Source: Octopus sinensis (Eukaryota). Taken from it: a stretch of 11,000 nt of DNA. The stretch lies in NCBI RefSeq assembly GCF_006345805.1, contig NW_021827207.1:1-11000 (forward strand). Reading direction: 5' to 3'. The notes below the pieces were generated by a model. It was given only the letters and a program-made list of their open reading frames with translations, was not told where the DNA came from and made no database searches. Each line of letters opens with the position of its first letter. Within the stretch, counting starts at the first letter, position 1. A program made the translations under genes and the position numbers. This document shows, one piece after another, positions 1-9,172 of this stretch.

Positions 1-288
1 CTGAGATAGATGCCAAACAACGCCATGTTGATTTGTTTTGCTTGCTATGGCAGTTGTTGCTGTTGGTTTTAATTTCTCCTTTTGTTTTCTTCGTGTATAC
101 ACACACACACTCGCACCCAGATATATGTATGTATGTGTGCATCTATCTGTATTCCAATCATTTCTCAACTGTTTAGTTTAGACTACTATATCACATTTAT
201 GCATACACAAATATACGTATATGGGTTTTTAATAGTATTTTGTTTTGTCTTAATGTACGAATGTGAGAGTCAAGCTCAAAGTTAAGCA

Positions 289-420
289 GATGGATAGATA
301 GATAGATAGATAGATAGAGATAGATAGATAGATAGCTAGATAGATAGATAGAGAGTGAGAGTGAGAGAGAAAGAGGGAGTCAGAGAGTAAGAGAGAGAGA
401 TAAACAGAGAGAAAGATATA
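289..420. repeat. Compound (GATA)n followed by degenerate (GA)n microsatellite
   Basis: GATA units from ~293 to ~350 grade into GAGA/GAGT/GAAA purine-rich units; read directly. Confidence 0.95.
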
Positions 421-528
421 CAAAGGGACAGCAATTTAGTAAAGAAAGAAAGAGAGAATATCAATATGTTATGACGGGTAAGAGTGAGACATTGAGAAAA
501 AGTCTGCAGATGTATGTACTGTGCATAT

Positions 529-615
529 ATACAAATACACATACATAAATATACATATATATATACATACATATATATATGTACCTACAAATATATGTAT
601 ATATATATATATATA

Positions 616-692
<77 letters not shown>

Positions 693-710
693 CACGTATA
701 GACACACACA
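529..710. repeat. Compound (TA)n/(TACA)n/(CA)n microsatellite
   Basis: Interrupted TA/TACA units, a pure (CA)23 at 629-674, then (TA)n at 675-692. Confidence 0.95.
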
Positions 711-838
711 TAAATAGTTATGTGTGTGAGTGTGTTTGTATTTGACTCGTGTTTCACTGCAAAAAAACATTTTCATTTTTACGTGAATTTTTGTTTATGA
801 TTATTTCTGGTGTTATTTTCTTCGTATTGTTTTTAAAC

Positions 839-925
839 ATACATACATACATACGTACGTACATATATACACACGTACGTACACAAACGCACACACACAC
901 ACACACGCACGCACACACATACACG
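839..925. repeat. Degenerate (TACA)n/(TACG)n/(CA)n microsatellite
   Basis: acatacatacatacgtacgtac...cacacacacacacacacgcacgcacacac read directly. Confidence 0.9.
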
Positions 926-1164
926 TATCTTTGGTGCTCTTTCAAAAGTTGTATTCAGATCTCAGAAAGTATGTGCGTAGTCTGCATTTGTGTATGAGTG
1001 CATGTATGTGAATATATGTGTGCTTCTATCTGCCTATATGTAAAAAATATTAAGTTTGATAGTTAACAGATGTGCAGAGGCATATCTCTTATGGAGGGCT
1101 GTGAGAGTGCATTAGATTACAATGTGGTTGTGTACGAAGTGAGGGATCATGTTTGTGTCGGTAT

Positions 1165-1770
1165 GTTTGTTTTTTTTATTTATGCTTTCTGTTATTAGTT
1201 AGGTCTAGAGGAAGGAGATGTGCCCATGGCTTTCACAAGCCCTCTGAGACCGGTGAGAGTGATACCGTTAACGTTCTGCTTAAACTGTTGCAAGTCGACC
1301 ATTGCAGGAATGACATGTGCAGGGAGTAGGTTAGGGAGTAGTTGATGAGGTGGTTTACTGGGCGGTGGAGGGTCGACGCATTAGGAACGATGAAAGGCGG
1401 AGAGGTGCATGAGTCGAAAATGCTTGAATAGACTTAGAAGGGGATCAGCCAACACCATGGAGCAGGACCAATGTCGTAGCTTTAAAAAAGGGCAGAGAGG
1501 AGAAGAAGCATATCAGTGGACCAGAAGGACGATTGTATGCCAATCCTTCAACTGACTGCTATTCTCTTGATGTTGTCCTGGATGTCACTGTGAGTAGCAA
1601 CCGCACTGTTCCTAGATGTGGATGTATTAGAGCTCCATGGCAGCTTTCACTTGAACCTTGTAGAGGTGACGCCACGGTTTGAACTCTAAATGTAAAGAGC
1701 ATTTTGGCCGACGCTTTATTGAATCTGCTAATCCACCGCTAACATTCGTATAGGTACCAGGTCACAAACC
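1165..1770 (-). mobile_element. Decayed 5'-truncated non-LTR retrotransposon (CR1/L2-group LINE), C-terminal part of ORF2 reverse transcriptase plus A-rich tail
   Basis: Manual minus-strand translation gives LYKVQVKAAMEL (1665-1630), resembling the LYKxQVRPxMEY motif; then xHI* and DIQDNIKRIAVS*RIG, resembling SHIW...LDRIQRRAVRLIG; then LPAHVIPAMVDLQQFKQNVN (1326-1267), resembling the terminal WNxLPxxVFPxxxDLxxFKxxV motif. In-frame stops and frameshifts are present. An A-rich tail (AAATAAAAAAAACAAAC on minus) lies at ~1165-1182. The boundary above ~1720 is uncertain. Confidence 0.8.
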
Positions 1771-1789
1771 GTGTGGTAAGGTCAAGTCT

Positions 1790-1935
1790 AATTTATGTCG
1801 ATTCCTCAATAGTACTTTGTTTTATCGAATCCAAAGGCATGAAAGTTGTGAATTTTACCCGCAGAACGAGAAGGAACGCGACTAAATTCCATAAAATATT
1901 TTATTCGTGCGGTTTTCTGATTCTGCAGCTCCACA
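1790..1935 (-). mobile_element. Degenerate tRNA-derived SINE fragment, family 2
   Basis: Reverse complement of 1820-1868 contains CAACTTT...TTCGATAAAA, shared with copies at 9111-9167 and 10074-10130. Reverse complement of 1919-1931 (GAGCTGCAGAATC) resembles the head of an octopus SINE consensus recalled from memory. Confidence 0.55.
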
Positions 1936-2411
1936 AGAATATACAGATGAAAAGAAAAGATGTGAAATAGATGTTGGAAAATGGGTGGGGTTTGTAAAGT
2001 ACTAAAAAGACGGGGTGTAATATCCTCCTTGAAATTATACAGTACCTCAAATATAGTACGGTTATATAAGTTTCGCCATTCATATTGCACCTCCCAAGGA
2101 ATAATAAAATCCCTTGAACTGAGGTACTTCAATAAACTAATATCCCAATCCTGAAGTTGGTACGCTCACTTGCAGACGGTTTAGGGAAGATAGGTTGGAT
2201 GTATCAGACGTATGTCAAAACCAGAGGACGAACTCAATCAGGAAATGTGCAAGGGGAGCACAGCTTCATGAATGACCTCAAAATATTTCTGCAAGTTTTC
2301 AACACTGTGGCCTGCCCTGGGAAGAAAGCTTGCCAAAGCCGTAAGCCTTGCACAGTCTAATTCACAACGTTGCTCAACCAGCTGATAAGAGAAGAATACC
2401 TATATTAATTC

Positions 2412-2820
2412 AGCGAAGTTAGAGGCTGTGTGGTAAGTAGCTTGCTAACCAACCACATGGTTCCGGGTCCAGTCCCACTGCGTGGCATCTTGGGCAAGTG
2501 TCTTCTGCTATAGCCCCGGGCCGACCAATGCCTTGTGAGTGGATTTGGTAGACGGAGACTGAAAGAAGCCTGTCGTATATTTGTATATATATGTGTGTGT
2601 GTTTGTGTGTCTGTGTTTGTTCCCCTAGCATTGCTTGACAACCGATGGTGGTGTGTTTACGTCCCCGTTACTTAGCGGTTCGGCAAAAGAGACCGATAGA
2701 ATAAGTACTGGGCTTACAAAGAATAAGTCCCGGGGTCGATTTGCTCGACTAAAGGCGGTGCTCCAGCATGGCCGCAGTCAAATGACTGAAACAAGTAAAA
2801 GAGTAAAGAGTAAAGAGTAA
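2412..2820 (+). mobile_element. Near full-length tRNA-derived SINE, family 1 (octopus-type)
   Basis: A-box-like AGGCTGTGTGG (2423-2433), B-box-like GGTCCAGTCCC (2466-2476), CTTGGGCAAGT central motif, internal TA/TG low-complexity segment (2576-2620) and a 3' tail of (GAGTAAA) repeats (2801-2820). A second copy at 7316-7638 matches at 49/53 nt over 2523-2575. Sequence resembles abundant Octopus SINEs (from memory); exact family name not assigned. No clear target-site duplication. Confidence 0.9.
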
Positions 2821-3443
2821 CCCATAGCTTAAAAGACGTATCTTTGTCACATTTACGAAAAGATTCTTGATTCAGATATTTCTCATCTGCCTCTCAGGGC
2901 GCACCAAGCAAGAACTAGACGTAGAAAGCAATCTTGAGTCGTGGTAGTCTTAAAGCATGACACGAACAACAAGTTATACAATCATAACACTTCTTGTCCA
3001 CACGCTTTCGTTACTATTCCCTCAACACATTTGAAAGACAGTTGCATTGTATTTGTACGATGTACGATGATAATAAAACCTGGTCTAAATTGACCTTAAA
3101 TGAACAACTTAATTTAAAACGATATTAACAACACAACACTATCGAGAACAAGGCTTTTGACCATCAGTTAGTTCGATCCGGGCTGACGTACGGCTACAGA
3201 ACTACAATAATAACGATAATATCAACGATTAACCAATACGAGTATCTTCCTGTTGCTGCACAAATTATTAGAAATAGCAACTACATCCCACCACCCCAAG
3301 TAAAAATAAAAAAACATGAGAAACTATCATTCGAGCTGCTAGGAATAATAAGCAAATCAATCTCAACATACAACCCTTCACTGTACAGTCGTTCGAAATA
3401 CTGGAAATTACACTCAAATCACCCCCACCCTTCGTCCCCCCCC

Positions 3444-3487
<44 letters not shown>

Positions 3488-3654
3488 ATCATCATTGCCG
3501 TCATTGTCATCATTATTCTTCAACCCCTCCTCCTCCCCTTATTATCATCGCCATAGCCAAGTCCATCTTCGTCGTCGTCAGCGTCATCGTCGTCGCCATC
3601 ATCATCATCATCACCATCATCAACATCATCATCATCATCTTCGTCGTCATCATG

Positions 3655-3695
<41 letters not shown>

Positions 3696-3862
3696 TATCA
3701 TCATCATCATCATCATCATCATTGCCGTAGTTGTCATCCTTATTCTCCAAACCCTCCTTCTACCCCTCATTATCATCGCCATAGCCAAGTTCCCTCTTCG
3801 TCGTCGTCGCCCTCCTCCTCCACCTCCTCCTCCTCCTCCTTCTCATCATCATCATCATCATT
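3444..3862. repeat. Long interrupted (CAT)n/(CGT)n/(CCT)n trinucleotide tract containing a diverged tandem duplication
   Basis: (CAT)n runs at 3444-3486, ~3597-3720 and ~3843-3862, interrupted by two similar 87/89-bp segments at 3493-3579 and 3720-3808. Confidence 0.95.
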
Positions 3863-3896
3863 ATACTATTGCATATTTTTTATTTATTTATTTTTT

Positions 3897-4061
3897 TCAA
3901 CAGGCTAAAAAGCGGCTGATTTTAAAATTCATACTCCATTGCACAAATCTCCGCAGCAGCAAAAATGGGAAAAAAGAAAGAACAGCAGCAACAGCAACAG
4001 CAGCAGTAACAGCAGCTTCACCATTAAGGAGATTTCTGGGATCAAGTGGCACAGTTGACCA
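3897..4061 (-). other. Weak candidate coding exon with hydrophobic reading frames
   Basis: Pyrimidine tract plus AG acceptor (TTTTTTTGTCTCAG, AG at 4063-4062). Phase-0 frame reads [54 protein letters not shown] and is followed by AATAAA. Alternative frame reads MVKLLLLLLLLLLLFFLFSHFCCCGDLCNG then GTATGA at 3934. The hydrophobicity derives largely from a (CTG/TTG)n repeat, so it may be chance. Confidence 0.2.
3981..4017. repeat. Degenerate (CAG/CAA)n microsatellite
   Basis: aacagcagcaacagcaacagcagcagtaacagcagc read directly. Confidence 0.85.
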
Positions 4062-4232
4062 CTGAGACAAAAAAAGACACAACCACACAGAACCACACAC
4101 ATACCCTGTGCCTCCCCACACAAACCAACAAATAAAGAGATCTTTCAACAACGAGAAACGCTCAAGAAAACAAAAGACTCCTCCATGTGTGTATGTAGAT
4201 CATGTATGACATACACTGGCTTACATATACAC

Positions 4233-4479
<247 letters not shown>

Positions 4480-4609
4480 CGTAAGAGAGAGAAAAAGAAA
4501 AAAAAATATATATATGGATGAAGGAAACACTTCCCCTCGGGGCAATTTTTTCCGGAATAATGGTTAACAAGGAAGGACCTTTATAAATGTACAATGAAAC
4601 AAAAACAAA

Positions 4610-4665
4610 AGAGATAACAACAAAACAACAGTATCATCATCATCAACAACAGCGACAACAACAAC

Positions 4666-4716
<51 letters not shown>
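4610..4716. repeat. Degenerate (CAA)/(CAT)n leading into pure (AAT)17
   Basis: (AAT)n uninterrupted from 4666 to 4716. Confidence 0.95.
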
Positions 4717-4717
<1 letters not shown>

Positions 4718-4816
4718 GTAATCGAAAAAGAAATCAACCTTATAACAATACACCCAAACGCACCCTTTCCCACTGAGGACGATAACCTAGCCTTAGGTTA
4801 TAAAACAATGATGTAA

Positions 4817-4850
4817 AAGAGAGAGAGAGAGGGAGAGGAAGTGAGAGAAA
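4817..4850. repeat. Short (GA)n purine-rich tract
   Basis: agagagagagagagggagaggaagtgagag read directly. Confidence 0.8.
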
Positions 4851-5051
4851 ATGTGAAGGAGGGGTAGGGAGAGGATAGGTGGGTTAGAGATGGAGAGGTG
4901 GTGGCGGTGGTGCAATATGACTGCCGTCTGTTGTATTTAATGGACAGACGTTGTGTACAGTAAATAAACGAGAGGACTTTTTTTTTCTTGTAAGTATAGA
5001 TTCATTCATACAAGGCGAATCTATACATTTGGCTGTGATGAGTGTATGCGC

Positions 5052-5086
5052 GCGCATGTATGTATATATATATATATATATATATA
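5052..5086. repeat. (TA)n microsatellite with TATG lead-in
   Basis: atgtatgtatatatatatatatatatatatata read directly. Confidence 0.9.
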
Positions 5087-5316
5087 GCACATGTACACTG
5101 AGATGTCTGTGTCTCTATCTCTCACTCTTTCTCTCACGCTACTTATAAAGAAAACTCTAACCCTTACCCGCTCCGCCACATATACACACAGAAACAGTTG
5201 GTTAGTTTTTACGTAGTATTACTATCGTTTATACACAAAGAACTCAATACAAGATGGATATTGTAGAGGATTCTCAACAGGGATGAAATCACTAGTAACT
5301 ATAATGTAGTAAAGCA

Positions 5317-5362
5317 TATATATACTTATACTAATATACTTATATATATATATATATATATA
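5317..5362. repeat. Interrupted (TA)n microsatellite
   Basis: TA-rich run ending in pure (TA)n at ~5341-5362. Confidence 0.85.
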
Positions 5363-5569
5363 TGCGAATGTAAGAATGCATGTATGTATGTTGGTATATC
5401 AATCCATCAAAACATATATATACATAAATATAGAGTGATAGATGAATACATACATGGAAAACTGCACACGTACTTTATCATGAACCTTCTACACGCACAT
5501 ATTCACAAACACACTAATATTGGCGCGCACATACTCTGTTATATATATATATATATATAATATGCTAGA

Positions 5570-5735
5570 ATCGAGCTGGCAGAATGAGTGCTCATTGAGT
5601 GCTCGCGTAACCCATGCAATTTCGTCCAAAACGGAGTCGTGTATCAACATTTTTACGTGGTTCGCTCAAACAATTGTGGAGATCTCTTCCGCATGGAACC
5701 ATTGGTTGCCATGTTTACCCTCAATAAAGTATATA
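5570..5735 (+). mobile_element. Possible highly degenerate SINE family 2 copy
   Basis: Ordered short matches to a recalled octopus SINE consensus: GAGCTGGCAGAAT (5573-5585), ATTTCGTCC, TTTACGT..GTTC..TCAAA, TTCCGC, AATAAAGTA. Spacing requires insertions, so support is weak. Confidence 0.3.
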
Positions 5736-6049
5736 TATTATACAAGATTGAGGTGGAAATAGTACAGAAGTAAGTGTAAGGCATTTCAATTTATCTTCTG
5801 TCTGGGGGGGGGGTCAAGAACATGTTTTTGACCTCTAGAAAAAAGATAAACTGTTTTTACTTCAAATTTTTATCAATTTTTACTGATATTTGATAAGATG
5901 AGATTAATCGAAATCGGTAATATTTTCATTATATAATTTTAAAAATCATTCTTATCAAATTCCCTCTAATTGAAAAATGTCTTAGACATTTCCACGCCAT
6001 CTTTTATGTATAGAACATTGTTTTGTATAGGTCTCTAAGTTTTTTCAAC

Positions 6050-6138
6050 CTATATATATTATATATAATATATATTATATAGATATATCTATATATATAT
6101 GTATGTATGTTGTATGTATGTATATATATATGTATATC

Positions 6139-6189
<51 letters not shown>
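6050..6189. repeat. Compound (TA)n/(TATG)n plus pure (AG)24 microsatellite
   Basis: Interrupted TA/TATG at 6050-6140; (AG)n at 6142-6189. Confidence 0.95.
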
Positions 6190-6192
<3 letters not shown>

Positions 6193-6437
6193 AGAAAGAG
6201 GTACGTAAAGTATTTTAAGCTCCACAATCTTAAGTTTTAAAGTTTCTAGAATCTGTGCTTAGTGGCTAGTTTTCAAACTGAACTTCAGAAGAAAGTCATT
6301 AGACATGAGACGTTGGTTCCTATGTAAGGCCTTAGCAAAAATTATATATTTTAACTCTATATTAAAAATGTATTTCTTTCATTATCGTCGGAAAGATCTT
6401 CGTTTGGATGTAGTCTCACATAAGCAGACGTTTATAA

Positions 6438-6569
6438 GTATGTATGTATGTATGTATGTATGTATGTATGTAGTGATGTATGTATGTATATACGAATGTA
6501 TGTATGTATGTATGGATAGGTGGATGAATAGATGGATAGATAGAAAGGCATATGGACAGACAGAAAAGC

Positions 6570-6647
<78 letters not shown>
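6438..6647. repeat. Compound (GTAT)n / (TAGA)n microsatellite
   Basis: (GTAT)n from 6438, degenerate GGAT/AGAT linker, pure (TAGA)19 at 6571-6646; degenerate GAAT/GATA units continue to ~6780. Confidence 0.95.
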
Positions 6648-7092
6648 GTATTCAAAGGGTAAATGAATGATTGAATGAATGGATGACTAGATGAATAAAA
6701 CATAGGCAAGTAGGTAGATAGATGAATGAATGTAGCCAGAGGGAAAATATATGAATGAGAGAAAGAAAGGAAAATAGACAAAGGAAAACAGGCAAGTGGT
6801 TCCAATGAATGGTTCACTGGCACCATTTGTTCTGAGATAGAGCATGTGACCATGACAAATATATCTGTGAATATTTTTCAAAGATTTTTTTTTTTTATCA
6901 TGTCATTCCTTCCTTTTGTTCTGAATCCTTGTGCACCAAATGACAGACATTATTATATAAAACCTTACTCATACTGTTGATGCTGTGACTGATGTGATTT
7001 TTTTTTTCTGTTAGCCTTTTGTTTTTAACCAATGTTCTTGTTATTGTTGTTGATAGTGAGTGAAGTTGGTTGTGTTAGAGATGCTTGTAGTT

Positions 7093-7128
7093 GTGGTGGT
7101 GGTGGTGGTGGTGGTTGTGGTGGTGGTG
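7093..7128. repeat. (GTG)n trinucleotide microsatellite
   Basis: gtggtggtg... with one GTT interruption. Confidence 0.9.
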
Positions 7129-7315
7129 AGAGAGACGGGCGTGAGGTTGTTGCTATTTTGCTGTTCCTATTGCATCTATATGCCATTGTTCTTGCTCCTT
7201 TTATGTGAGGGCATTCTCTCGTTGGAGAAATTCAAAAACGTTTATATTTGTACATGCCTATCTGTATAAAAATGAGTAGATATACATATATATTATTATA
7301 TATCCGTATACACAT

Positions 7316-7496
7316 ATTCTTTTATTCTTTTATTTTGTTTTTACTTGTTTCAGTCATTTGCCTGCGGCCATGCTGGAGTACCACTTTAGTCGAACAAATA
7401 GCCCGTTCTCTTTTGCCGAACCCCCAAGTTACAAGGACGTAAATACACCAGCATCGGTTGGCACGCGATGGTGAAAGGGGAAGCCTAGATAAGCAA

Positions 7497-7564
<68 letters not shown>

Positions 7565-7638
7565 ATGCACACACACATATATATTCGACTGGCTTCTTTC
7601 AGTTTCCGTCTACCAAATCCACTTACAAGGCTTTGGTC
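7316..7638 (-). mobile_element. 5'-truncated SINE family 1 copy with internal deletion and expanded (CA)n
   Basis: Reverse complement of 7586-7638 matches 2523-2575 at 49/53 nt. Reverse complement of 7340-7394 matches the 3' end 2745-2800 (TCGACTAAAG...CTCCAGCATGGCCGCAG...AAATGACTGAAACAAGTAAAA). The tRNA-like head is missing; (AC)30 lies at 7499-7558. Confidence 0.92.
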
Positions 7639-8296
7639 ATGTATTTACAAAACAATCTACTAAAAATTAAAAAAAGGTAATAATAAATATGATTGGAAAT
7701 TTGGACAGTTTAGTCCAAAATGCATTATATTGTATGTGCAATATGACCAACCATTATGGTCACAGCTAGAACATATCTTGCAATCGGTCATCAAAATCGG
7801 TGTTTCCATGCGGCGTAAGCAATTATCATGATAACAACGACGGCGATGAAGACGATCAGAGTGACAATGACTTTTTGGTTTTACTTTGTATATTAGCACG
7901 ATAGAATCAAATTTTTAAGCGAGAAGTAAAATCGATTGAATCCAATATATTGTTATTTTATTTTATCGATCTCTGATGAATGAAAGACATCGTCAACAAT
8001 GGTAGGAAGTATACTCATAATTACAGACTGTAGAGTATTTGAGCACCTTTTTAATTATTCTATGAATAGATGCAAAATTGCGGTGTTCGTGGTGTTTTTC
8101 TATCAAAGATGTTTAATTAAAGCGATCATAATTTCAAGTGAGATTCTAAACCACATCACCAACAGGTCTCGTATTCTACGTAATTTTTAACTATATAACG
8201 TTTAACGTTAAAATCTTAGTTTAATTCAAGTTAGTCAGTTTGGCTTTGTATTTTACTGTTACGGGAAATATAAATATGGTATTGTGATGTTCACGA

Positions 8297-8385
8297 CTTC
8301 ATTTTATCGCTGTTAGCTCAAACAGATTTCGAACCCGGGCTGCAGACTCAGATGACTAGCACCTTTACCTCTTTCTCCGAAGGCA
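8297..8385 (-). mobile_element. Degenerate tRNA-like SINE head
   Basis: Minus strand reads GGAGAAAGAGGTAAAGGTGCTAG (A-box-like) ... CCCGGGTTCGAAATC (B-box at 8338-8328) ... GCGATAAAATGAAG, ending in the GATAAAA motif seen in family 2 copies. No intact cloverleaf. Confidence 0.45.
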
Positions 8386-9059
8386 CCCATTGCGTTCAGC
8401 AACGAAATATTGATTGAAAAACCATTGATATCGATCTGTTGTTATTTGAGTTCTTAGCGAATCCAAACACTAAAGATGGGTTGTTTTTGTAGGTATTGGT
8501 TTTATTTATTTTTATGTTCTATTCTTTTTTTTTATTCAAATTGAATGAAATGAAAGAATTGTCTTGGCGTATAACGAGCTGTGTAGAAAAGATATATGTT
8601 GTGAAAATGCTCGCCGAGTAATAAATAATGTGCCAAGAGCTTAGAATGATCTTCATATATTGAATTGGCTGTCTGACCTCGCCTCAAATATTTGTATCTC
8701 TGACCTTAGCTATGTGTATGTGTTAGAGATGTTGCTTCTCTAGCCAATGTGCAATGAATTTATTACTATCTTACACTGGCAAACTATGAACTTTGTAAAG
8801 AAATAACTACATGAATAACGTCACTACCAATAATAACCACAAAATCAGAATCACCATCGTCGTCGCCATCAAAGACAAATACAACGAAAGACAATAACAA
8901 CAATAACAATAATAACCAAACATCATTTATACGAACTTTTAAATAAAAATCTATGAGGTTTCTGAAAACTTAGAATCCAACCAATTGACTTACATCGAAA
9001 AGATGGCGACTGTATAAACATTGAACAAACAAAAGAAGTCATTATTGATTTCTAAGAAT

Positions 9060-9172
9060 GCAAGTAGAAAACTGGAGTAAAATGTATAACGATAGTTTCT
9101 CCATTGGTCCTGAGTTCAAATTCTAACTCAACTTTGTATTTCCTTCCCATCTTCGCGGCGGATAAAATAGTG
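9060..9172 (+). mobile_element. Degenerate SINE family 2 fragment
   Basis: B-box TGAGTTCAAATTC (9111-9123) followed by TCAACTTT...TTTC...TCTT...GATAAAA, colinear with the reverse complement of 10074-10130. Confidence 0.6.

Noticed and set aside
82-997. Cluster of ORFs rich in YI, CV and HT dipeptides
   Set aside because: Direct translations of (TA)n, (CA)n and (GATA)n tracts; open in several frames on both strands.
2405-2820. ORFs 2405-2641, 2419-2631 and 2635-2820
   Set aside because: They lie within the non-coding SINE; the related peptide at 7322-7576 simply reflects the second SINE copy.
3171-3200. B-box-like GTTCGATCC, possible tRNA gene
   Set aside because: No upstream A box at suitable spacing and no cloverleaf stems; at most a small repeat remnant.
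3495-4065. Poly-His, poly-Asp, poly-Ile and poly-Met ORFs, superficially like His-rich or acidic structural proteins
   Set aside because: All come from the (CAT)n tract, which lacks stops in most frames; the duplicated unit carries single-base indels.
6416-6853. 145-aa minus-strand ORF
   Set aside because: Mostly (TATC)n-derived IYLS repeats and (CATA)n-derived HTYI repeats.
7702-7763. Three consecutive short hairpins (TTGGAC/GTCCAA, TGCA/TGCA, TGACCA/TGGTCA)
   Set aside because: Stems of 4-6 bp are expected by chance in AT-rich DNA.
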